A DNA stretch of 63,642 bases, counting the filler. It is 7 parts of 7 records of this genome, joined end to end, with 100 filler letters (N's around TTAATTAATTAA, not from the genome) between each part and the next. Parts side by side here need not be neighbours in the genome. Positions count along the whole stretch, not along the records: positions 9,176 to 19,638 come from DRR723986_22443; positions 19,739 to 26,642 come from DRR723986_22778; 5 more parts are not named here. One strand, given 5' to 3'. Within the stretch, counting starts at the first letter, position 1. Each line of letters opens with the position of its first letter. The notes under the pieces were generated by a model that worked only from the letters and a program-made list of their open reading frames with translations, ran no database searches and had not been told where the DNA came from. Of this stretch, positions 10,852 to 19,774 are shown in pieces. A program made the translations under genes and the position numbers.

Positions 10852-11643
10852 TCAATTGGAAATAGGGGCCAGCAATTCTGGGGCTGTCACAAGTTGGCGA
10901 ATCCCGTGGGAGTGGTCTTCCTTGAAGACGTTGCCTTTTTCCGCCCAGGCGTTGAGCGAGTTTATGTCCAGCTTGGCGCATTGCGGATGCACGCTCCAGG
11001 TCACCTGAAGCGGGGAGCATGTCGACTGGGTGAAGCTGGGCCCTGTTGTCGACCCGATGAAGGTGACCGGCGTACCCGTGCCTTCCGGCAATGACTTGGC
11101 CTGATGCAGGCCATTTACGATGTTGCCGTCATAATCGAAGTCGAGAAAGCTCAGTGCCTCGGGATCATTCACGACAAGGAAAACCTGGGCCTCGACACGA
11201 AGTTGCGGATTGGCGCAGGCATCGCTCAGGCAAGAGCCAAGTCCTTCACCCGGGGTGATGTTGCAGGATGTATGCACCCAGTGGACTTCGATCGTGTCGC
11301 CGGGCTTGACGCCATGAAAAGCTGACCCGGCGGGTTCTGCCAGTTCAGCCTCGGTCAGGTCGGCGGTCTCGTTGCACTTGTAACCGCCATGATCGCCATC
11401 GCCGGCAAAGACGGTGAAGCCTGGCCCCTTGTGTTCCGCGTTGGTGTGCGTGTGGATGTTGCACAGGTTCAGCTTGTCGGCGGACGGCGCTATCGAGACA
11501 GAAGACGTGTTCAGTCCTGCAGTCTGCGAGATATCGCGTGGTGTTTGCGGGCCGAAACCCTGACAGAGCTCTTCTGCCTGAGCCTGGGAGAGAAAACCGA
11601 GGCCTGCGAGGGCCGCAAATGTAAGTCCGATGTATTTCGCCAT
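10852..11643 (-). CDS. Delta-class carbonic anhydrase, exported
   Basis: Signal peptide; GPQTPRDI, LCNIHTHTNAEH, IEVHWVHTSC, LRVEAQVF, GSTTGP, CSPLQVTW motifs. Confidence 0.82.
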   Translation of the reverse strand: MAKYIGLTFAALAGLGFLSQAQAEELCQGFGPQTPRDISQTAGLNTSSVSIAPSADKLNLCNIHTHTNAEHKGPGFTVFAGDGDHGGYKCNETADLTEAELAEPAGSAFHGVKPGDTIEVHWVHTSCNITPGEGLGSCLSDACANPQLRVEAQVFLVVNDPEALSFLDFDYDGNIVNGLHQAKSLPEGTGTPVTFIGSTTGPSFTQSTCSPLQVTWSVHPQCAKLDINSLNAWAEKGNVFKEDHSHGIRQLVTAPELLAPISN

Positions 11644-11880
11644 GGGAATCTCCTGCAGATGTGGTTGAGGCAGGCTGTTGGGCGTATTTCAAGAAAAGGT
11701 AGCCGAAGTGGCGCGGATGATTTGAACGCGCTTTTGACAGGAGCGCCAATTGCAAAAATTGCTCAGGGTAAATGACCGGTCAGGGGAAAAAGCCCCGAAG
11801 TTGGCGGAAAACAACGATAAATTGAATTGTCTGACTGTATTTTAAGTGAAATGAAAGTTTGCTCAAGGTAAACTAAATCT

Positions 11881-12501
11881 ATGAATTCCGAAAACAAATC
11901 ACACGGTCTGACCCATCTGCTCGATCAACCTGATGCCGAGGAAGAAGTCCTCGTGGTTGATTTCGACAATCTCTCGGTCATCAACGCGGTTGCATCCAAC
12001 GTCAGCGAGTGGGGCTTCCGGTTGACCTCTCCGGATATCGGCGAGCTTTACAAGAACATCGGGGTTCGGCCCAAGGATGCAAGCAAACTGGTGAAGGCTC
12101 ACGTCACTTCTGTGAAGGGCAATGATGCCGCGGTGGTCTTCGCCAAGAGCGAGAAATCCGTTTCGGACAAGCGCCGCGAAAAACGGAACAACGTCAGCAT
12201 TCCGGTAAAGATCGCAGACCTGGACGGAATTACGGAAATCAGTGGCACGATCGTTGATGCGGGCAAGAACGGTTGCCGCATAACTGCCAAAGGTCTGACA
12301 GCGCTTCCAGAGGAAGTTCTGCTGACGATGAAAAAATTCGAAAGGCCGGTCGTCGCCGAATTCGCCTGGCGCAATGACACCTCCGCCGGCATGCGTCTCT
12401 TGTGGGATCGTACGCTTGAGCAGGACGACGATCACGGAGACGACGACGAAGAGAGCGAGGGCACCTCCGAATCGGATACCGAAGAAGCCCAGAGCGTCTG
12501 A
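11881..12501 (+). CDS. PilZ-domain protein (probably tandem PilZ-like)
   Basis: RREKR (RxxxR) followed by DAGKNG (DxSxxG-like); N-terminal half has NVSEWG; acidic tail. Confidence 0.7.
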   Translation: MNSENKSHGLTHLLDQPDAEEEVLVVDFDNLSVINAVASNVSEWGFRLTSPDIGELYKNIGVRPKDASKLVKAHVTSVKGNDAAVVFAKSEKSVSDKRREKRNNVSIPVKIADLDGITEISGTIVDAGKNGCRITAKGLTALPEEVLLTMKKFERPVVAEFAWRNDTSAGMRLLWDRTLEQDDDHGDDDEESEGTSESDTEEAQSV

Positions 12502-12697
12502 GATGGCCCGCTTATGCTGCGGTCGGCGCGTGTCCCAATCAACTTCCCACAATTGACTGAGCTTGCCGCGCGGGCGTGAAGGAAACGCGGCGAGCGGTGG
12601 TTTCACGCGTCCATCCGTACCTTGGGGACTGGGCGAGTGTTCGGCCTGTCTTCGAAAAGGGGATTGTCACTTTTTTCAAAAATTTAGTTTTTAATCC

Positions 12698-12722
12698 GGA
12701 ACTTCTTTCTCTCTCGGTTGTT
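12698..12722 (+). promoter_or_regulatory. Possible sigma-EcfG (general stress) promoter
   Basis: GGAAC-N16-TGTT upstream of the PRC-barrel gene; alphaproteobacterial consensus is GGAAC-N16/17-CGTT. Confidence 0.45.
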
Positions 12723-12797
12723 CTCACAGTAACCGCCTCATCAATAGCAATACTGATGTTGCCGGCTTGGGAAATCACAGTGAGAGGAAATAATATT

Positions 12798-13757
12798 ATG
12801 AAACGGATTATCACCGCTACCGCGATGTCCTTGATGCTGACAACATCACTTTACGCGGCAAACGAAGTAAAACCGCTCCAGACTTATGAATTCAATGAGT
12901 CTGCAAACATGAGTGATGTTCTTGCATCTGATCTGATTGGCATGCGGATCTACTCGGTCGAAGAAAACTATGACCGGTTCAACGAAGACTATCAGGCTCA
13001 GGCTGACGAAGAAAAAGACTGGGACGACATCGGTGAAGTCAACGATGTGATCCTTGGCTTCGACGGCTCGGTAAAGGCCGTGATCCTGGGTGTCGGTGGC
13101 TTCCTTGGTATTGGCGAGAAAGACATCGCCCTTCCGATGGAGCAGCTGAAGGTTGTCCGCGAGCAGGATGACGCCGATAGCTACTTCCTGGTGGTCAACG
13201 CCAACAAGGACGTGCTGACCAATGCTGCGGCGTATGAGAACCCGTATGCTGACGAAGCGGAGACGGCTGCCACACAGACTTCTGAAGGTATGGAGAAGCC
13301 TGCTGATACGGCAATGACGACGGAAACCGACACGTCGACCGAAACCGCGATGAGCCAGGATAGCGACGCCGGCGTGACGGCTGCTCCGGAAACTGCAATG
13401 GCGCCCCAGACCGATGCTGATGGTCGTGCGCTTCTGCCGCGTGCCGAAGTCGAGCGTGAAGGCTACACCGAAGCGGTCGTTGCCGAACTTACGGCCGACG
13501 ATCTTGAAGGTGCCACCATCTACGACGCCAACGATGAAGACATCGGTGAAATCGATTCACTCATCGTGAGCCAGGACGGTACCATCGAAAAGGTGATCCT
13601 TGATGTTGGTGGCTTCCTGGGTATCGGCGAGCGTGAAGTTGCCGTCACCTTTGACGAGCTGCAGATCATTCGCAACGAAGACGGTTCCGACCTGCGCGTC
13701 TATGTAGGCGCCACCAAGGAAGAACTGGAAGCTCAGCCGGACTACGTCGCTGAGTAA
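12798..13757 (+). CDS. Secreted protein with two PRC-barrel domains
   Basis: Signal peptide; two copies of DIGE(V/I)..I...DG....VIL.VGGFLGIGE. Confidence 0.9.
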   Translation: MKRIITATAMSLMLTTSLYAANEVKPLQTYEFNESANMSDVLASDLIGMRIYSVEENYDRFNEDYQAQADEEKDWDDIGEVNDVILGFDGSVKAVILGVGGFLGIGEKDIALPMEQLKVVREQDDADSYFLVVNANKDVLTNAAAYENPYADEAETAATQTSEGMEKPADTAMTTETDTSTETAMSQDSDAGVTAAPETAMAPQTDADGRALLPRAEVEREGYTEAVVAELTADDLEGATIYDANDEDIGEIDSLIVSQDGTIEKVILDVGGFLGIGEREVAVTFDELQIIRNEDGSDLRVYVGATKEELEAQPDYVAE

Positions 13758-13784
13758 GAGTAGTGGACTGCTCCGGGTGTCATC

Positions 13785-13798
13785 ACCCGGGGCAGCCT
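13785..13798 (+). terminator. Right arm of hairpin (about 13765-13798) after the PRC gene
   Basis: GGACTGCTCCGGGTG-tcat-CACCCGGGGCAGCC inverted repeat. Confidence 0.45.
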
Positions 13799-13964
13799 GA
13801 CACAGCGTCCGGTTCTATCGAGATCCTTCCCGATATCCGGACGCCTATCCCGAGACAGATGGCTTCAACAGGCGTCTGTCACTTTCTCAAACCTCAACAC
13901 ATGCAGCAGTTGGCCGGAAGCCTCCGGTCGAGAAGCTGACTGCACCCTGACTGGAGTGATGAAA

Positions 13965-14162
13965 ATGAACTGGGACATTATCGAAGGCAATTGGAAACAG
14001 GTTAAAGGCAAGGCCCAGGAACAGTGGGGCAAGCTGACCAACGACGATCTGGACCGGATCGAAGGCAATCGCGACCAGCTTGCCGGCAAGATCCAGGAGC
14101 TCTACGGCAAGTCGCGCGACGAAGCAGAGCGCGAAGTCGATGAGTGGGCAAGTCGCCACTGA
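13965..14162 (+). CDS. CsbD family general stress protein
   Basis: MNWDIIEGNWKQVKGKAQEQWGKLTNDDL...GKIQELYG. Confidence 0.93.
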   Translation: MNWDIIEGNWKQVKGKAQEQWGKLTNDDLDRIEGNRDQLAGKIQELYGKSRDEAEREVDEWASRH

Positions 14163-14176
14163 TCGTCGAACAGATG

Positions 14177-14212
14177 AAAAAGAGCCGGGCGATCCGTCGC
14201 CCGGCTCTTTTC
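14177..14212. terminator. Bidirectional terminator
   Basis: AAAAAGAGCCGGGCGA-tccg-TCGCCCGGCTCTTTT between convergent csbD and eda. Confidence 0.85.
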
Positions 14213-14242
14213 GTTCGAAATTGCTGATCTGCTGGTTGCTGA

Positions 14243-14881
14243 TCAGATTTTGAGGGCGGCTGCCGCCTTTGCGCGGGTTTCAATGCCGGACCAGTCGTCC
14301 TCCGCAATCGCCTTTGCGTCCGCAATCCAGGAACCGCCAACGCACAGGACGTTCGGCAGTTTCAGATAGTCCGGAGCCTTGTCGAGGCTGACGCCGCCGG
14401 TGGGGCAGAATTTGGCCGCCGCCAGCGGGGAGGAGAGAGACTTGAGGTAGGACGCACCGCCTGCCTGTTCGGCGGGGAAGAACTTCAGCCGCTCATAGCC
14501 GCGTTCCAGCAGGAACATGACTTCCGATGCGGTGGCTGCACCTGGAAGCAGAGGCACGCTGTGCTGGTCGGCGGCGTCCAGCAGGTTGGCGGTTGCGCCG
14601 GGAGAGACGATGAAACGGGCACCTGCAGAAACGGCGGCATCATATTGCTTGCCGTCCAGCACCGTGCCGGCACCCACAATCGCGCCTTCCACGTGCTCGT
14701 TGACCGCGTTGATCGCTTCCAGGGCATGGGCCGTGCGCAAGGTGATCTCGATGGCGGGCAGGCCGCCGCGCACAAGCGCTTCGGCCATGGGGATGGCTTT
14801 CCTGGGATCCTCCACGATCAGCACCGGAATTACCGGTGCCGCGCACATTACCTTCTCGATCTTTTCAATGTCCTGGGCCAT
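14243..14881 (-). CDS. eda: KDPG/KHG aldolase
   Basis: IEITLRT, VGAGTV, FIVSPG, LKFFPAE, FCPTGGV. Confidence 0.96.
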   Translation of the reverse strand: MAQDIEKIEKVMCAAPVIPVLIVEDPRKAIPMAEALVRGGLPAIEITLRTAHALEAINAVNEHVEGAIVGAGTVLDGKQYDAAVSAGARFIVSPGATANLLDAADQHSVPLLPGAATASEVMFLLERGYERLKFFPAEQAGGASYLKSLSSPLAAAKFCPTGGVSLDKAPDYLKLPNVLCVGGSWIADAKAIAEDDWSGIETRAKAAAALKI

Positions 14882-14985
14882 ATCGCCTCCAAAATCTCTT
14901 TCTTGTCGTCCCTGCACCGACCGCAGCCGGAGCAGATCGCAGACTCTATCGTGCCGAATTCACCTGGCCGTTCGGGACCTGATCC

Positions 14986-16806
14986 TTACTCACCAAACAC
15001 ATGCGCGCCAGTGTCGGCCGAACCAACTGCACCGCGGAAGGCGGCGAAAAGATCCCGGCCGGTGCCGAACTGGCTCTGGCTCAGGTCAGCTTCCGCCAGC
15101 GGGCGGGCGTTGAATTCTGCTTCGTCGACCAGCACTTCCAATTTACCCGTCACCGCATCGACGCGGATCATGTCACCGTCACGGATTTTGGCGATCGGGC
15201 CACCGGCAGCAGCTTCCGGGGTCACATGAATTGCCGCCGGGACCTTGCCGGAAGCACCAGACATGCGGCCGTCGGTAATCAGGGCGACCTTGTGGCCGCG
15301 GTCCTGAAGGATGCCGAGGCAGGGCGTCAGCTTGTGCAGTTCGGGCATGCCGATGGCCTTCGGGCCTTGGAACCGGACCACGGCGGCAACGTCGCCGGTC
15401 AGTTCCTTGTTGTTGAAGGCGGTCAGGAAATCGTTCTGGTCGTGGAAGACGCGGGCAGGTGCCTCGATGATGTGGCGTTCCTTGGCAACGGCCGAGATCT
15501 TGATGACGGCCTTGCCCATGTTGCCGGTGAGCATCTTCAGGCCGCCCGTCGGCTGGAAGGCCTTGGCAACGGGAGCCAGCACCGTTTCGTCACCGGAGGT
15601 CTCAGGAACCTCTTCACGTTGCACGTTGCCGTCTGCGTCGAGTTTCGCTTCCACAGTGTAACCAGAGAGGTCTGTGCCGTAGACGGTCTTCACGTCCTGG
15701 TGCAGGTAACCGTCACCCAGCAGTTCGCGGATCAGGAAGGCAAGGCCACCGGCGGCCTGGAAGTGGTTCACATCGGCCTTGCCGTTCGGATAGACGCGGG
15801 CCAGAAGCGGCACGACATCGGAGAGATCGGAGATGTCGTCCCAGGTCAGCCTGATGCCTGCAGCAGCAGCAATTGCCACCAGATGCATGGTGTGGTTGGT
15901 CGACCCACCCGTGGCGTGCAGGCCGACAACGCCGTTGACGATCGCCTTTTCGCTGATGACTTCACCGGCGGGGGTGAACTCGTTGCCGAGAGCGGAAATC
16001 GCGATGGCGCGCTTGGCCGCTTCCCTGGTCAGGGCGTCGCGCAGGGGCGTGCCCGGATTGACGAAGGAGGCACCCGGCATATGCAGGCCCATGATCTCCA
16101 TCAGCATCTGGTTGGAGTTGGCCGTGCCGTAGAAGGTGCAGGTGCCCGGTGAATGATAGGCGCGAGACTCGCTTTCCAGCAGGGCGTCACGGCCGACTTT
16201 GCCTTCGGCATAGAGCTGGCGGATCTTGGCCTTCTCGTCGTTGGAAATGCCTGTCGGCATCGGACCAGCGGGAACGAACACGGCCGGCAGATGGCCGAAG
16301 GAGAGGGCCGCGATGGCAAGACCGGGAACGATCTTGTCGCAGATGCCGAGAAAGACCGCTGCATCGAACATCTGATGCGACAGGCCGACGGCAGCAGCCA
16401 TGGCGATCACATCGCGGGAAAACAGCGACAGTTCCATGCCGTCCTGCCCCTGGGTGACACCGTCGCACATGGCCGGAACGCCGCCGGCTACCTGGGCAAC
16501 CGCGCCGATTTCGTGTGCGGCTTCGCGGATCAGGGCCGGATAGGTCTCATAGGGCTGGTGGGCCGACAGCATGTCGTTATAGGAGGTGATGATGCCGAGG
16601 TTCGGTACCACGTCGCCGGAAAGGGCCTGCTTGTCGGAGAGGCCACAGGCGGCGAACCCGTGGGCGAGGTTGCCACAGGACAGGCGCGAACGCTGCGGGC
16701 CCTTGTCGGCGGCCTTACCGATGCGGTCCAGATATCTTGAGCGGCTGTCGTGACTGCGTTTGACGATCCGTTCGGTGACGTCGCCAATGCGATCCTGGAT
16801 GGTCAT
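14986..16806 (-). CDS. edd: Phosphogluconate dehydratase
   Basis: [47 protein letters not shown]. Confidence 0.97.
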   Translation of the reverse strand: MTIQDRIGDVTERIVKRSHDSRSRYLDRIGKAADKGPQRSRLSCGNLAHGFAACGLSDKQALSGDVVPNLGIITSYNDMLSAHQPYETYPALIREAAHEIGAVAQVAGGVPAMCDGVTQGQDGMELSLFSRDVIAMAAAVGLSHQMFDAAVFLGICDKIVPGLAIAALSFGHLPAVFVPAGPMPTGISNDEKAKIRQLYAEGKVGRDALLESESRAYHSPGTCTFYGTANSNQMLMEIMGLHMPGASFVNPGTPLRDALTREAAKRAIAISALGNEFTPAGEVISEKAIVNGVVGLHATGGSTNHTMHLVAIAAAAGIRLTWDDISDLSDVVPLLARVYPNGKADVNHFQAAGGLAFLIRELLGDGYLHQDVKTVYGTDLSGYTVEAKLDADGNVQREEVPETSGDETVLAPVAKAFQPTGGLKMLTGNMGKAVIKISAVAKERHIIEAPARVFHDQNDFLTAFNNKELTGDVAAVVRFQGPKAIGMPELHKLTPCLGILQDRGHKVALITDGRMSGASGKVPAAIHVTPEAAAGGPIAKIRDGDMIRVDAVTGKLEVLVDEAEFNARPLAEADLSQSQFGTGRDLFAAFRGAVGSADTGAHVFGE

Positions 16807-16889
16807 TGCTTCAAATCCTTTGCTAGCCGCGCCGCGGCCTGGCTGGTCCTATGTCCGGCACATAGGGCGTTGCGGCGAGCTTGCCGCTC

Positions 16890-16903
16890 TCTAATCGATT
16901 TAA
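16890..16903. promoter_or_regulatory. Palindromic operator upstream of edd
   Basis: TCTAATCGATTTAA, 12/14 match to the pgi/zwf palindrome. Confidence 0.65.
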
Positions 16904-16944
16904 GAGGCCGGAAACGCGCAAGGCCGGGCCTTGCGCGAGTGATA

Positions 16945-18420
16945 TCAGTTGCTGTCGTCTTCGGCCCAGGTGCGGCCGTCACGCTCGACCAGAGCGATGG
17001 AGGCGGACGGACCCCAGGTGCCGGCGGTGTAGCCTTTCGGCGTTTCCTTGGAGGCTGCCCATGCAGCCTGGATCGGGTCGATCCAGGCCCAGGCGGCGTC
17101 AACTTCGTCACGGCGCATGAACAGGGTCTGGTTGCCGCGGATCACGTCCATGATCAGGCGTTCGTAGGCATCCGGGTTACGCACCTTGAAGGCTTCGGCA
17201 AAACTCATGTCGAGCGGAACCTGACGCAGGCGCATGCCGCCGGGGCCGGGGTCCTTGATCATGATCTGCATCTGGACGCCTTCATCCGGCTGCAGACGGA
17301 TGATGAGGCGGTTGGCGGTGATCGCCCCGGCTTCCGCGTCGAAGATCGAATGCGGGATCGGGCGGAACTGGACGACGATTTCCGATACACGCTGCGCCAG
17401 ACGCTTGCCGGTGCGCAGGTAGAAGGGCACGCCGGCCCAACGCCAGTTGGCGATTTCCGCCTTCAGGGCGACGAAGGTTTCCGTCCGGCTTTCGTTGTTG
17501 CCGAGCTCTTCCAGGTAACCGGGAACCGCACCTCCGGCCGAAGCCCCTGCGCGGTACTGGCCGCGCACGGTCAGCTTGTCGATGCTCTGCTCGTCGATCG
17601 GGGCAAGAGCTTTCAGAACCTTCAGCTTCTCGTCGCGCACGCTGTCGGCGTTCATGCTTTCCGGCGGCTCCATCGCAACAAGGCAGAGCAGCTGCAGGAT
17701 GTGGTTCTGCACCATGTCGCGCAGGGCACCTGCGGTATCGTAGTAGCCGGCACGGCCACCGGTGCCGAGCGACTCGGCCACGGTGATCTGGACGTGGTCG
17801 ATATGGGCCGCGTTCCACAGCGGCTCGAACAGGGCATTGGCAAAGCGCAGGGCCATCAGGTTCTGCACCGTTTCCTTGCCGAGATAGTGGTCGATACGGA
17901 AGATCTGGTGTTCGTTGAACACAGCGCCGACCGTGTCGTTGAGCGCCCTGGCGGACTTGCCGTCCTTGCCGATGGGTTTTTCCATGACGACGCGGGAATG
18001 GTCGTTGACGACGCCGATCCGGCCGAGGTTCTCGCAGATCGTGCCGAAGAGATCCGGGCCGACGGCAAGATAGAAGGCGCGGATGACTTCAGGGCGTTCG
18101 TCCAGGATGGTTCTCAGATCTTCAAAGCCGTCGCCTGTGGCGATGTCGATCTTGACGTAGCGCAGGCGCTTCAGGAACTGCTGAAGATGCTCGTCGTCCA
18201 GATCCTTGACGTGTTCTTCAAGCGCGGCCTTGGCATAATCGCGATAGTCGTCGTCGGAATAGTCCCGGCGGGCACTGCAGATGATGCGGGCGTTTTCCGG
18301 CATCTGGCCGTCCGCGTCGCGGTGGTAAAGGGCAGGCAGAAGCTTGCGGTGGGCGAGGTCTCCGGAGGCTCCGAAAACGACGAGGTCGAATTCTTCAACT
18401 TCAATGACGCGTACCGCCAT
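16945..18420 (-). CDS. zwf: Glucose-6-phosphate 1-dehydrogenase
   Basis: GASGDLA, EKPIG, RIDHYLGKE, RDMVQNH, YLRTGKR. Confidence 0.97.
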   Translation of the reverse strand: MAVRVIEVEEFDLVVFGASGDLAHRKLLPALYHRDADGQMPENARIICSARRDYSDDDYRDYAKAALEEHVKDLDDEHLQQFLKRLRYVKIDIATGDGFEDLRTILDERPEVIRAFYLAVGPDLFGTICENLGRIGVVNDHSRVVMEKPIGKDGKSARALNDTVGAVFNEHQIFRIDHYLGKETVQNLMALRFANALFEPLWNAAHIDHVQITVAESLGTGGRAGYYDTAGALRDMVQNHILQLLCLVAMEPPESMNADSVRDEKLKVLKALAPIDEQSIDKLTVRGQYRAGASAGGAVPGYLEELGNNESRTETFVALKAEIANWRWAGVPFYLRTGKRLAQRVSEIVVQFRPIPHSIFDAEAGAITANRLIIRLQPDEGVQMQIMIKDPGPGGMRLRQVPLDMSFAEAFKVRNPDAYERLIMDVIRGNQTLFMRRDEVDAAWAWIDPIQAAWAASKETPKGYTAGTWGPSASIALVERDGRTWAEDDSN

Positions 18421-18487
18421 AAAACATCCCTTCTCACAGCTGCCAGTCCGATGGGCCGCTCCGGCCTGGACCGTTTTCGACTGCCTT

Positions 18488-18501
18488 TTAAATCGATTTA
18501 A
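18488..18501. promoter_or_regulatory. Palindromic operator upstream of zwf
   Basis: Perfect TTAAATCGATTTAA. Confidence 0.75.
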
Positions 18502-18517
18502 TTCTCTTGTCAGCCCC

Positions 18518-19465
18518 TCATTTCAGGGCCGACCACTCTTTTTCCAATTCGCTCCTGCGCGGCAGATCCGCTCCCCTCCGGGAGCAAGTGATGGCAGCTG
18601 CCCCGACAGCGAAGTCAAGAAGACGATTTAGCTGGCCGGCGTCAAGGGCTGCAAGCGCATCACGGTTGGTTGCACCTAGATGTTTCAGCCCTGCAAGCAG
18701 GGCTGCCTGGAAGGTGTCGCCCGCGCCAACGGTATCTTCAACGGTTACCCTGATGCCCGGGCGGCTGACTTCGATGCCTTCGGCAAATGCGGTTGCACCG
18801 TCTCCGCCCCGTGTGACGATGACCAGCGAAGCCCCCATGCCGAGCCAGGCGCGGGCAATGGTTTCAACGGGTTCACCGGGAGCGATCAGGGCAAGGTCTT
18901 CGTCCGAAACCTTGACGACGTCCGTCAACGGAACAAGGCTTTCCGTATTACGGCGCCAGAGCGCCATGTCCGGCACCACGGTCGGGCGTATGTTCGGGTC
19001 GAAGGAGACCAGCGTATGGTCTCGCTCACGTTCGATCAGAGCCCTGAAGGCGACCGAAACCGGTTCGACCAGTGCCGTGTAGGACCCGATGTGCAGAAAC
19101 AATGGCGGTTCGTCGAACTGCGGCAGGTCATCGACGGTCACCATGCGGTCAGCCGCGTTCTCGCCGTAGAACGTATAGGCCGGAGAGCCGTGCTCATCCT
19201 TCTGGACGAGGCTGAGTGTCGTCAGGTAGTCAGTCCTCAGGATATAGCGTTCCGAAACGCCTTCACTGCGAAACTTCTGGACCAGACGCTCGCCAAGGGC
19301 ATCGCGTGAAATGCCGCCGAAAAACCCGGCGTCCTCTTCAAGGCGCGCCAGCCCCATGGCCACGTTGAAGGGGGATCCGCCGATACGGGCGTCGAAAGAA
19401 ACACTGTCGCCGGAACCGGCTTCTCCAAAGAGATCGAACAGTGCTTCGCCGCAAATCAAAAACAT
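18518..19465 (-). CDS. PfkB-family carbohydrate kinase (fructokinase-like)
   Basis: CGEALFD, GGSPFNVA, FDPNIRP, KVSDED, DTVGAGDTF. Confidence 0.92.
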   Translation of the reverse strand: MFLICGEALFDLFGEAGSGDSVSFDARIGGSPFNVAMGLARLEEDAGFFGGISRDALGERLVQKFRSEGVSERYILRTDYLTTLSLVQKDEHGSPAYTFYGENAADRMVTVDDLPQFDEPPLFLHIGSYTALVEPVSVAFRALIERERDHTLVSFDPNIRPTVVPDMALWRRNTESLVPLTDVVKVSDEDLALIAPGEPVETIARAWLGMGASLVIVTRGGDGATAFAEGIEVSRPGIRVTVEDTVGAGDTFQAALLAGLKHLGATNRDALAALDAGQLNRLLDFAVGAAAITCSRRGADLPRRSELEKEWSALK

Positions 19466-19559
19466 ATACGTTCTGGTCTTTCGTCGTTTGTCAGGAACCG
19501 CATCGACAGCGGATTCATGGCTTTGTGTCATTTCGCGGCAGCGGCCTTTGAGACCACCG

Positions 19560-19638
19560 CCTCATCCGAAGGAGGCCCGCAAGGCGCCGAACTCGCCGCC
19601 CATCCTTTGAGACGAACCTTTCGGTTCTCCTCAGGATG
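19560..19638. repeat. Alphaproteobacterial intergenic palindromic element (REP/RIME-like), cut by contig end
   Basis: CCTCATCCGAAGGAG ... CATCCTTTGAGACG-AACC-tttc-GGTT-CTCCTCAGGATG; resembles the CCTCATCCTGAGGAG.../...CTCCTCAGGATGAGG repeats of Hyphomicrobiales. Confidence 0.6.
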
Positions 19639-19738
19639 NNNNNNNNNNNNNNNNNNNNNNNNNNNNNNNNNNNNNNNNNNNNTTAATTAATTAANNNNNN
19701 NNNNNNNNNNNNNNNNNNNNNNNNNNNNNNNNNNNNNN
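19639..19738. other. Artificial contig spacer
   Basis: N44-TTAATTAATTAA-N44. Confidence 0.99.
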
Positions 19739-19774
19739 CACACACACACCGTTGGCCACGCCCCCTCTCCACAG
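19739..19774 (+). other. Probable 3' end of a spliceosomal intron
   Basis: (CA)n tract, pyrimidine run CCCCCTCTCC, then ACAG immediately before coding-like sequence starts. Confidence 0.6.

Noticed and set aside
15001..18501. Long + strand ORFs opposite edd and zwf (also opposite fdh, pgi, ubiB and mutM)
   Set aside because: Antisense shadows of well-conserved GC-rich genes
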